From: Antedon mediterranea
Taxonomy: Eukaryota > Animalia > Echinodermata
Direction: 5' to 3'
DNA length: 64,000 bases
NCBI RefSeq assembly: GCF_964355755.1
Contig: NC_092674.1
Coordinates: forward strand, 18,290,001-18,354,000
Part shown: piece by piece, positions 22,601-34,299 of the stretch
Position numbering within the stretch: the first letter of the stretch is position 1
How the letters are laid out: every line of letters starts with the position of its first letter
Made by a program: the position numbers and the translations under genes
Notes under the pieces: model-generated
Database searches by the model: none
The model's input: only the letters and a program-made list of their open reading frames with translations
Told to the model about the DNA's origin: nothing

Positions 22601-24163
22601 ATACTTGTGTGTATAACCTGTAAAACATCTATCACAAAAATAAAAAACTTTTAAAAAGCCTGTCATAGTCGTTATAAGATCATAATGATTAGAATGATGG
22701 TAAAGATAAATCTGCTTCTTACAATAATCGCCGCTAAAAATTACAGAATTTAAATTGTCTTTAGAAAGGACAATAATTTGATAATTTGGTAATTTGGATT
22801 GCATCTTTTTTAATTCTTCGATGCCGCAAGCTTGCTCCCTAACCCCCGAATCTCTAAGTAAATGAAGGGCGGCTGTCTTTTGCTGGTCATAGCTCTTCCT
22901 AATGTTATTCCACCTAGTAACGTTATTAATTTTATCTTCGAGCATAGAAATACCCGTGACAATTGCGCGTGCGCAGCAGATAGTTTCGTTACCATCATTT
23001 TTAATCTTAATTATGCTTTTAGCATTAATCATTTTGTCGATACCGTTTCTTCTATAAGCCCCACCCCTAGGCATTCTCATATGGAGAACGTTAAACTTAA
23101 ATTTGTTGTTAATTAAAATATCCGTTTTGGACTGAAGGACCTTCATGATGGCTGCAAAAATAACATCAGCTGTCAGATGGGCCCTCCGACCAAAAGGAAT
23201 AGAGATAGGTGTATCCAACCCCTCAGCTTGAATAACTATCCGAAGCATATCGTCGACATGCACGTTAATGCAAAGATTATCGACGACATGTTCGAAAATT
23301 CTATATAGAGTGGGAAGGAACACCTCTAAACTTAAATGGTCTACATTAAAAAATTTAACCGAAAAATCGCTAACCGTGGCGTTAAAACGCTGGTTAAACC
23401 TATCAGCTAAGCGGTTAATACTACAAAAATGACTCAAATCTACCTCGTCAAGGTTCAATTCATCGCTGTCATTATCGTCAACTTCTTCTTCTTCGGCTAT
23501 CCTTGGTCTTTTCCTGTTGGCTCCTTTCCCGTATTGTACCGGTACAGGCTGAAATAAAAAAGTATAACGGTAAAGAAATAGAAATAAACGATGTAATACA
23601 GCATCAACAATAGCAAAGAAAATAAAATGATAGTTACCTCATCAATAACCGAAGACTCCTGAGAATCACTATCCTCGCCACATTCCCTCATTTTCAAACA
23701 TTTGGTGTGTGCACCAATACCATACTAAAGAAAAAAAATTAAAAAAATTAGAAAGGAAACGCGTTGGTACTGTAAACACAGAAACACGTTCGTTTACACA
23801 AGCTACTTTACGAGTTATATACGGTAATGAAAAAAAAATTATTACGTTAAAAATATATTAAACAAAAACACTTACTTCTACGTGATCAATTATTAAACTT
23901 TCAGACAGATCTTGAACAATCTCTATGGCGTTATCACATATATCCGTAAGAGAAAGACTACCGGTCTCGGAAATACTTTGACTGACCGGTAAATCAAAGT
24001 CCTGGTCTCCAAACACAAAATCCTCTAGTAAACCCACATCTGGGATATTATCGTCAGATAAATTATTAGCACGCGACAGATTGACTATAGCGTCAACAGC
24101 TCTTTGACACTCGATAAAAAAACTATCGTTAGAATCAGTTGAGGTAGAAGCGAATTGAGACAT
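19637..24163 (-). CDS. Protein-primed family B DNA polymerase; predicted exons 24163-23876, 23724-23638, 23548-19637 (1428 aa)
   Basis: Exo motifs FFDFEC, HNLQGYD, YCISDV; Pol motifs DYTSLYP, KLMLNSFWGKFGQ, YYDTDS; OTU-like Cys/His motifs; VSR-like FVDG...EFMGCLFHGC insertion. The 5' exons join through phase-0 GT-AG introns. The polymerase call is firm; the splice model is a prediction. Confidence 0.93.
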
Positions 24164-24242
24164 TGTAAAACGTTGAAGAAAAATTGGTACCGAAACTTTG
24201 AAGAATTAGTAAATGAATAATGAACTAAACAAGTAACATGGT

Positions 24243-24660
24243 TATTAAAACCTTCCCGCGACGATTACGATTGGTCAGACATTCTTTAGTAATTAGGAAG
24301 CCCCGCCCACAATAGTGACCAATAGCTTAATTAATAACAGTAATAAACCTTCTCGAGACGATTACGCTTGGTCAGACGTTCTTTAATAATTAGGAAGCTC
24401 CGCCCACAATAGTGACCAATAGATTTAGCCTTCACCCGAAAACACTGAGACGGATTAATTAATACTAAACAAAGGTGATAAATCGTCAAAATAATAACAA
24501 TAGTACTCCCCAAACAAAGAATTACCTTCACTAATTAAAAACAAATTACATTATTTTTAAACCTTCCAATGAACTTTACACTATTATGACTGGTCAGACA
24601 TTCTTTAATAATTATGAAACTCCGTCCATAACAGTGACCATTAGATCTAGCCTTCAACCG
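24243..24660. promoter_or_regulatory. Subterminal repeats with CCAAT and GC boxes upstream of pPolB
   Basis: Three related units (~24245, ~24343, ~24557): AAACCTT...TGGTCAGAC.TTCTTTA.TAATTA.GAA.C.CCG.CCA.AA.AGTGACCA.TAG. Confidence 0.5.
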
Positions 24661-25019
24661 TGAATACGGGGGTCGGTAAACGGATTAATTAATAACAGTG
24701 GCGAGAGTTGTTAAGGATTATTCAAAGCCTTGTAGTGGTCAAACAATATATACACGATTGGAAATTAATTAACAATACCTATTCAAGTAACACTGAAACA
24801 CTAAATTATAAACAAATTTTAAATAAAACTACAACAGCTTTTAATCAAAAACCCCCTTTCTCTAACAAAGAATGACCTTTCACTAATTTTTTAAAATACA
24901 AATTCTTTACTAATTAGGAATTTAACACAGGCCCAAAACGAAAACCCCGTCAAAATAACAATAACAAAGAATAACCTTTCACTAATTTTTATAAAATACA
25001 AATTCTTTACTTACGAATA

Positions 25020-25284
25020 TAACCCAGGCCCAAAACGAAAACCCCGCCAAAATAACAAACCCCTTCTCTAACAAAGAATGACCTTTCGCTAATTAATATT
25101 ACAATAACAGGAAATTAGACAATAGAAAATATAATATATACCCTGGGGATATGACATTCCTTTCGGGTCTGGTACAAAGAGTGACCTTTCACTAATTATT
25201 ATTACAATACCTGGAAATTAAACAATAGAAATATGAAATATGCCCTGGGGGTACATTACGGCCTGAAGTCCTACATATACTACT
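25020..25284 (-). repeat. Polinton right terminal inverted repeat
   Basis: Reverse complement of the left end. Partial extra copies of TIR subunits lie at 24850-25010. Confidence 0.9.
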
Positions 25285-26314
25285 CCTATGTACACGTACC
25301 AATTTAACTCAGCACCATTTTTATTCAAGTTTACACAGTGAAATTCTTTGGTTTAATGAAAAATATTTCCAGGAAAAAAATAAAAATCCCCAAAAAGATT
25401 GAACTGAACTGAACGTGATCTTGTGCGTTCCGAAAAGCCCGGCCGAAGCACGCGATTGGTCAGTCCATTTTTCTGTCATATTTATAACCATCATCTCTCA
25501 ACAATCTCTCGATCTCACGCTCAGCAGTGACTTTGACATCGGACAATCTGTATATTCGATCGATTTAAACATAGTCAATAGAAGTAAAATGACCAAAAAA
25601 TCTGCTATAATTGATAATTAATTGCACGATTTTGGAAGTGGGGCCTTTGTTTTTCAAAGGGGGTTCGCTGGTAAAAGGGGGGTTCGCGCAAAAGGGGGGG
25701 GGGGGGGGGTTCGCCCGAACCCCAAAAAACCCCCCTACTACGGGCCTGCACTGACTACTGACTATCGACTATTTGTATAATATTATTGATTGTAATAAAT
25801 ATTGATTGATTGATTGATTGATTACACATACCATACTACCTATTCTCTTTTCCCATTTAGAAATAAACACACGTAATCGATTATTATATAGGCATACACA
25901 TTGTATTATTATTACCACTAGAATATATTTATTCACTCTGATGAAGAAGTGTTTCTAAAGCTAGGTTATAAATTATCTATCTCTGTCCAATGATTAACAA
26001 GTAAATGTAAATAATGGTTACAAATTAAAAACATTAAAATAAAAAAAATTAAATATGGTAGATATTCCAGTGCCTAAACAATTCCAGGTAATTGAAACAC
26101 ATATTTTTATTCCAAAGCATAAAAATATGATTCATTTGCACTTTCTATAAAGATAACATTACATTTTATATGTTAATTCGTATTAAATCTTAATTTTACA
26201 GTCATATTATTCTACTGTTATCATAGCCTATTTCATATACAAGAACTTTCGTATCCCTACTCCACGTGCGAGGCGCCCTTGAAATAGGCGCCCCAGAGCC
26301 ATATGGATCTGAGG

Positions 26315-27407
26315 CAGGGCCGTAGCCAGGATCTGTCAAGGGGTGGTTCCGACACTAAATATTTGGGTCAACCCCCCCCCCCCCTTGGGGGTGGGGCCTG
26401 ATGCGAAGCGAATTTTGTTAAATGACACCCCTAGATGGCCGGAAAAGACACTCTCGTGCAGCATGCTACCAATGAGCAAAAAGATCGTACTTTTTTCCTC
26501 CTTCTCAAACACGTCGATAATTTAAAGGACGATAACTATTTGTTGCCGTATGTTAGATGCGCGTGCTCTGTGCGGAACCGCCGATTGTTTGATCATTTAC
26601 TCCGTATTTTGTTTTGCGTTCAAGTTCAATGCGAACGTACATCTAGGAGCAGCCCCGAAAAAAGCACACTGGTTGAAGGCAAATGCTATTTGCTAGCTCT
26701 ATCTATAATATTTATTTACAGCAATTTGTTGAGGAATATAAATATTTAAATAGGTGATATTGATACATTTTAGTACGTATCGGCTGGTGGTCTAGAATAA
26801 AATAATCGGATGCCATAATGTGAACTACAGTACTTGATACCATAGATATTATAGTGTAAAATATTAATATTCACTATAATCCTCTAAGATACATTATACT
26901 TCATAGTCACATATAAATACTGATGTACGTCGGAAGGCTATATACTTTATGCATGCTGCCTGACTGCTGCCAGTGATCTAAACAATTATAGGTACGCAGT
27001 TGTCTGGCGGTGTTCTTTGTACGAATCGTTCGTGCCCCAGTTCGCTATGAGACGCGTCAATATCATGTTACATGCAGGGACCAAACATTTATTTTTCAAG
27101 TTAAAATCGGCAATTCATTTGCAGCTTTTAGAAATTTACAGACACGTATCGCTAGTTGACGCTCATACAGAGAAGAAGGTTCACGAACAAGTTTACGAAT
27201 TTTTCAATTTACAAACAACTTTTTGTACTGTGGGGCACGTATTTGGAGGATTTTTGGAGATGAGGGTGAGGTATTGGGCATGTCGGGGATGGGGGTTCGC
27301 AGTCGGTTAAGGGGGGTTCGCTGTAAAGGGGGGGGGGGGGCGGGGGGGGGGGGGGGGGGCGGGGGGTTTCGCCCGAACCATAAAAAACCCCCCTGGCTAC
27401 GGGCCTG
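26315..27407. mobile_element. MITE with CAGGGCCGTAGCCAGG / CCTGGCTACGGGCCTG termini
   Basis: TIRs with 5-bp TSD TGAGG (26310-26314, 27408-27412). Its right subterminal region recurs inverted at 37820-37930. Confidence 0.72.
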
Positions 27408-28718
27408 TGAGGCGCCCATATAATAGTGTCTCGCGCAGAGTGATCTCACTGGTAATAAGCCGGTTATTGGGGCCGAGTCGTCCCGCTACAATAATATTTT
27501 ATATAGCCGAAGGTTGGATGTCAAACTACAATGTTATCGCAGTTAAAAAGTGATTCTCAATGGAGAGGGAACCAACAAGATGACGGCTGCAATCGACCAA
27601 TCAGATATGCCCGGTCCTACGCAGTACGCAATACTACACACCTGTGTTGAGCCTATCTCTGCTGCGTGAGAAACGATACTCAACGCAACGCAGCATGTTA
27701 TGATTGATTGATTTTATTCGATATTCATACATAAAAGTTAAAATATACAATGTATAAAAGAGAATACCTGGATATACCCATTAAGTCGACAAAAAAGTAA
27801 ACTTATTTCCAATGGGGTCCAATCCGTAATGACTGAAAAGTGAGTGGTTGGGCCTAGAATTATCATTAAGTATGACTCAGTAAAAATGAAAAAAACAAGA
27901 AAATACATACAAGACAAGATAACATGAAAAAAACAATATTAAAAATAACTTAATTAAACTGAAATTCCAAGCTGTTCATTATTAAAATATTCTTTAAGTT
28001 TTATTTTGAAGGTTGCATTATTTTGTATTGATTTGAGTGAATTGGGGAGCCTGTTCCAGTATAAACGTATTTATGATCCTCTCGGAATACAAAAAATGCT
28101 AGATTACCAAGAAATTATTCATTCTATTGCGATTAACAATATATTTATAAAAACTTCACTGTGCTTTGATAAGAATATGTGGTCTTAATGTATTATATTA
28201 GATTATTATTTTTTATATTAAATAATGTTTTTGAACACATATACGGTCGCCATCTTACTGGTTCCCCGTCCTGTTGGAATCACTTTTCAGTCTTTTCAGT
28301 ACGCCCTCTAGCCTTCGGCTTATTACATCTCTCTGTCCCGCTACCTTCGGGGTGGCGCGGCGGGGAACGCATGATATGCCTATATCTAGTTACGTCATCA
28401 TATGGATCGTATTTTACTTGCGGTCCGGTCATGTATCAATTGCTACCACCAAAAGATGGTTGTTGTACATCGTATATAGCCTAGGCCTAGGCCTAGTACA
28501 ATTATTAAGAACAGTATAGTATATGTATTAGGCCAATTTATCAAACATTTTGCAAACAGGCATAGCCCTATGCTGACAAATAAAACATTGGATCTCCAAA
28601 ACATTTATTTATTCTTCATCCGCCAGGGCAGGTATTGTATGATTGCACTATTATACACAGCCACCGCTTACGCGATGCTGCTAATGCAGCAACATACAGA
28701 GTGGGGCCCAAACAAAAG

Positions 28719-29153
28719 GGTTCCAGGACGATTCGGCCCTGAGACTATTCGGCCCGGGACTATTCGTCCACATTCAGACAAAACCAATGATTGTTAATTA
28801 TAATGTTGTTCAGTTTTTTTTTCAGTTTTTATCAAGTTTTCAAAGGTGTTTGAACTAAGCAATTAAATTATGTATTTAAATGTAAATAATTATTCTGATA
28901 CTGTCGTGTTTACAAACGGTATCGTTTTGTATAAGTTTAGTCAAGTTTTTTCCGGGGAATTTGGTGTTTTGTTTGCTTATAAAATGAATAGGCCTAAAGA
29001 AAAAAAAGATACATTAATTAAAATTCTTGTCAACCAAAGTCAATAAATTTAAGTGGGCCGAATCGTCTCAGGGCTGAATAGTCCCGGGTCGAATAGTCCC
29101 GGGCCGAATCGTCCCGGGCCGAATCGTCTCAGGGCCGAATCGTCCCGTTACCC
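28719..29153. mobile_element. Small foldback/MITE with ~16-bp (GACGATTCGGCCC) subterminal repeats
   Basis: Arrays GACGATTCGGCCC at left and GGGCCGAATCGTC at right. The same family occurs at 4838-4900 and 6636-6672. Confidence 0.65.
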
Positions 29154-29562
29154 CCAAAAGAACCACACTGCACTGTGTACGGGGGAACAGACGATCAGGA
29201 ACCACGGACGATCAGGCCCACACTTTAAGACCATGGGCCCAACAAATAAGACGATTGGGCCCAAATCTGTCGCGTTTTATTTTGGTCTCAGTAAAACCAA
29301 CTTTTGGAATTTTTTTATGCCGCGCGCCAGCCTGCCATAGCCTAGCTATGCTTTTTTTATCATATTGGTTGTGTTTTTTCAATTGATTGGGTTTATTGCG
29401 TCGCGCTATTTTGTATTTGCCGCAGTAAATACATTTTCATGATCATTATACATTTCGTGATCGTTTTTATATCAGGTAGGCCTACTGTAGATTATTTATT
29501 TTACAGTCTGGATATTTTTAGACAATGAGTATTTATTATGCTAATCATATACTGTATTTAAT

Positions 29563-32500
29563 GGGTGTCACGAAACCTAAGACCACGAAAGCTAAGACCC
29601 CCTAAGACCTAAGATCACGAAAGCTAAGACCCAACACTAAGATTACAAATATTTATCTTTCGCACCTGCCTTGTATTTTAACTCCAAACATTTATTCTGA
29701 ATACCACACCTTAGAATTGGCACTTTCATGAAAAAGAATCACATAAAAAGTAACAAATACATTTTTAAATTGATGATTTTACAGACGTTTTTCTCGCACA
29801 CAAAATGACTAGCCTACAGTACAGGGTGGACCCAGTACAGTAGGCCTACCCCATGTTCAATGTTTTTGTTTCTATGGAACGTCAAAAGAGCAAACATTAT
29901 ATAGAGGGCTGAAAACTCTGTGGAGTCCATCTACAGTGTGGATGGAACAATGTAAAATTAAAATTGTAATGATAATAGTATAATCATGCAAGTACGAAGA
30001 AATAAATACTGGCAAATAAATTTTAATTTAAAAATCATGATAAGTTTTTTTGTTTCGTTTTCTTTCTGTTTTTATACTTGTACTATTATTGTTGCTCTTT
30101 TGGCGCTCCATAGAAACAAAAACATTGAGCATGGAGCTCGAGGAGTTACATTACAGTATACAAAGAAACACATCTGTAAAATCATCAATTTAAAGGATTT
30201 ATTTATTTGTTATTATGTGTTTCTCCTTCTGAAAGTTACGGTGGCCCACAACTGTCACGCACACTATATAAATCATATTCACACAAATAAAGAAGAAATC
30301 ACACAATTAAAGAAGAAATCACACAATTAAAGAAGGAATCGCATATAAACAAAAGAAAGCATGAAAATATAAAACGAAATGCACAAATAAAGAAGAAACG
30401 CGCAATTAAAGAAGAGCAGCTAAGCTCAATTAAAGAAGTCCGCAGCAAATTCGAAAGCTCCTCGCACAATTAAAAAAGTCCGCAACAAATTCGAAAGCTC
30501 CTCCCACAATTAAAGAAGTTCGCAACAAAATCAAAAGCTGCTCGCACAATTAAAGAAGTCCGCAACAAATTCGAAAGTACCTCGCACAATTAAAGAAGTT
30601 CGCAACAAATTCGAAAGCTCCTCACACAATTAAAGAAGTCCGCTACAAATTCGAAAGTACCTCGCACAATTAAAGTACCGTAGTCCGTATGGAACGCCAT
30701 CGCTGCCTCCGGCAGCAAACTCTAATTCTATTCGGCTCTTTTACCATAACGTTCGGCTCTTTTACCATTCGGCGCATTTCTATTCGGCCTTTTTACCATT
30801 ACGTTCGGCTCTTTCAGCATTCGGCGCATTTCTATTTGGTCCATTTACCATTACGTTCGGCTCTTTCAGCATTCGGCTCTTTTTATTCGGCCCATTTACC
30901 ATTACATTCGGCTCTTTCAGCATTCGGCTCTTTTTTATTCGGCCCATTTAACATTACGTTCGGCTCTTTTTGATTCGGCCCTTTTTTATTCGGCTCTTTC
31001 TGCATTACGTTGGGCTCTTTTTAAATCGGCATTTTTTTATATGGCGCAATTAAAATCTAACCTTTGACATGGGGTCAAATGGAAGAAAATCAATGACTGG
31101 AAATGAGTCTATGAAAAGTTTACAAACATTTGATCATCATGGCGCCAACCATGAGTAGCCAACCGATTAAAGATGTGTTGAATAACCTAAAATTAATTCA
31201 TCTTTTAACAAATTTTTAGAGAGAAAGGGTAAATTATTATTATTAAATGTTAGGCTGACACTAGGCTAGGCCTAGCTAGCCTAGGCCATGAATCAAACCT
31301 TTTCTCTCTCAAAATGGTCAATAAGGTTGGACAATTGCAAGTTCTCTAACTAACACATTAATCATGTCAATAAAATGATTAGTTATATTGAAATAGCCTT
31401 CAAATTCATTTAATTCAACCAACAATCTACATGCTGCATCTATATGTTTTGTAAACTTTTCATAGACTCATTTCCAGCCGTTGATTTTCTTCCATTTGAT
31501 CCCATGTAAAAGGTTAGAATTGAATTGCGCCGTATAAAAAAGGGCCAAATCAAAAAGAGCCGAACGTAATGCAGAAAGAGCCGAATAAAAAAGGGCCGAA
31601 TTAAAAAGAGCCGAACGTAATGGTAAATGGGCCGAATAAAAAAGAGCCGAATGCTGAAAGAGCCGAACGTAATGGTAAATGGGCCAAATAGAAATGCGCC
31701 GAATGCTGAAAGAACCGAACGAAATGGTAAATGGGCCGAATAGAAATGCGCCGAATGCTAAAAGAGCCGAACGTAATGGTAAAAGAGCCGAATAGAATTA
31801 AAATTTGCTGCCGGAGGCAGCAATGGCGTTCCATACGGACTACTGTACTTTAATTGTGTGTGAAGTACTTTAATATACTTTAGTATATTAATTCTTTAAT
31901 TGGGCGAGGAGCTTTCGAATTTTTGCGGACTTCTTTAATTGTGCGAGGAGCTTTCGAATTTGTTGCGGACTTCTTTAATTGTGCTTAGCTCTTCTTTAAT
32001 TGCGCGTTTCTTCTTTATTTGTGCATTTCGTTTTATATTTTCATGCTTTCTTTTGTTTATATGCGATTTCTTCTTTAATTGTGCGATTTCTTCTTTAATT
32101 GTGTGATTCCTTCTTTAATTGTGTAATTCCTTCTTTAATTGTGTGATTCTGTGTTATAGTGTGCGTGACAGTTGTGGGCCACCGTAGAAAGTACTTATAA
32201 GTCCTAATTTTAAAGTGTGGTGTTCAGGATAAAGTTAGTCAACAAATTTGGAGTCAAAATACAAGAAAGGCAGGTGCGTAAGAAAAACATCCTCTGAACC
32301 AACACAATGGAGTAAATATATACCAACAAACAACCCGTCAAGTTTGTTTGTTGTAAAGAAAAAATATACATTTACTCAACGGGCGAAAATAATGTGAGTT
32401 TATCTATGTTTTGCGGTAGTATTACATTATATTTATGGTAATAAATTAAACCTACTGTGTTTAAAATTATGTATGGATAAACAAGTATTGTTTTTAAGCT

Positions 32501-32604
32501 GTAGTATATCTTAGTATTTGTAATCTTAGGTGTTGGGTCTTAGCTTTCGTGATCTTAGGTCTTAGGGGGTCTTAGCTTTCGTGGTCTTAGGTTTCGTGAC
32601 ACCC
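29563..32604. mobile_element. Non-autonomous Mutator-like element
   Basis: ~85-bp TIRs GGGTGTCACGAAACCTAAGACC... / ...GGTCTTAGGTTTCGTGACACCC and exact 10-bp TSD TGTATTTAAT (29553-29562, 32605-32614). A partial sibling lies at ~40745-41770. Confidence 0.85.
30237..32186. mobile_element. Foldback element with TAC...GTA ends and 6-bp TSD (IS3EU-like, non-autonomous)
   Basis: TACGGTGGCCCACAACTGTCACGCACACTATA / TATAGTGTGCGTGACAGTTGTGGGCCACCGTA with TSD GAAAGT on both sides. Arms of ~750-900 bp contain AATTAAAGAAG and TTCGGCTCTTT minisatellites. Confidence 0.8.
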
Positions 32605-34299
32605 TGTATTTAATTTACTTTATTACAGGTTACTGTTATTGTAAAAATATGATTGTTTATAATTATACTAATTAAATTGTGGGAGAACGTGACTCGTGAC
32701 AACAAATGAGTTTTCTTGGCCTTTTGTATTGTAAAGAAATGCTTTATTCACATGAAAGCAAATAAAACAGAATAACAGTACGGATGAATGTAATTACTGT
32801 GATAAGAACACAATTCAAAACCTGAAACAAACAGACATATAACATTCTAATAACTTGCAATATATTCACTAAATGTGCAAAGACAAATACGTTATACATC
32901 AATATTGTATATCTAATTAATGAATAGTAAATTGCCCACCATTTTATTATGCTTTTATCCATATTGTCTTGTCAATACGCTACGGTAGATTAATCTTTTC
33001 TCAATCTACATATTATTTTATAATATAATATGCCTACCCTAAAACACTTACTGTGGTATATCCCCTTGTATTGTAGGCATAGAAAGACGTCTCATTGGTA
33101 ATAAATACTATTATAGACTATTTTAATTATTTTTACAATGATTTTCAAAGAGAACACATTCACAAGCTTAATTGTTGCAACCAGAGCCTGTAAAATGAAT
33201 TGAAAAAAAAAATTATATACATTAGGCCTAAATAAACATTCATCCCTTATATATACATAACAAATATTGACCAGAACCAATTACAGAGTTTAAAAAATTG
33301 TTCAATAAATGTTAAATTGGGAAACGTCGAAAATGTATCTAGCCAGAACATATAGGCCTAACTCCCGACAGAAGTAAAACGTGAACACAACCGCAAAAGC
33401 GTATCAGAGACGCTCCATACCGAATACCGGATGTTGATGTTTATCGGAACCAAAATAAAATGTGATCAATTTTACCATATTGAACACAAGACTATCGGGT
33501 CCTGCGCTAAGACGATCAGGCCCAACGAATGAGACGATCAGGACCAACATGATTCCTAACACATGAGACGATCGGCCCAATGCTGACGATCATGACCACA
33601 TTTTCTGGGCCTGATCGTCTTGGGCCCGATCGTCTGACAACCACACTGTACGGGTACAGGTCAACTCGGCCCTAAACCGTCTAGGACAAAGTCACGTCGG
33701 CCCAAAGTCAAGTCGGCCCCAAGTCAACTCGGCTTCACGTCATCCCGGCCTCAAGCCAACTCGGCCAAATACTAATCAGTGCTAATCAAGTGCTAATACT
33801 TATTAGCTAATACTTATATTCATCGTATTATTTATTCTACTCAGGTACAAAACATATCTCGAAATTGTTAACAATTTTGACAATAAAGTTATCTTGTATC
33901 TTGTATCTTGTATACTAATAGTTAATATTATAATGGATGGCAGGATTAGTAAGGTTAGGCCTACACATAGGGCCTAAGCCTAGACAAAATATAACGGAAA
34001 ATTCAATATAATTTATAATACACTCGGTCGTTTTTCATTTAATTGATATTTAATAAATATTAATATTAGTTGTGATGTTATTGAATGTTAGTCTCAATAG
34101 GTATGTGTTTGTTATGTACTGTAGATCTACAGTAGGCCCTAGGCCTGTATTTTTTGATACAAGGATTTTCCCAGAATAAATCGAAATATTCTTGGATATA
34201 GATAGATATTATTAGATTACAGTAAAATAAAAATGTTTATAAAAAATAATATATTTAAAATTATTTTATTATTTTATCAATTCGCTTCGAAAAAACCTG

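Larger units (their letters stand above)
9593..25284. mobile_element. Full-length Polinton/Maverick (adintovirus-like endogenous virus), 15,692 bp
   Basis: Termini AGTAGTATATG...CATATACTACT, 6-bp TSD CCTATG (9587-9592, 25285-25290), long TIRs, and pPolB, integrase, capsid, protease and ATPase genes inside. Confidence 0.97.
8122..25748. mobile_element. MITE with (C)AGGCCCGTAGC termini, split by the pogo-like MITE and the Polinton
   Basis: Left end AGGCCCGTAGCCAG at 8125 and right end CTACGGGCCTG at 25738-25748, flanked by CACTG (8117-8121, 25749-25753). An intact sibling at 26315-27407 also has a 5-bp TSD. Confidence 0.55.

Noticed and set aside
27327-27366. Poly-G tract as a functional G-quadruplex or poly-Gly/Pro coding segment
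   Set aside because: It is the expandable G-run of the MITE subterminus (also at 25693-25708) and is prone to sequencing error.
30280-31030. Regularly spaced repeats resembling a CRISPR array
   Set aside because: Units are tandem minisatellites without unique spacers, mirrored in the other foldback arm, in eukaryotic DNA with no cas genes.
30689-31834. Two similar ORFs starting MERH
   Set aside because: Translations of the inverted minisatellite arms.
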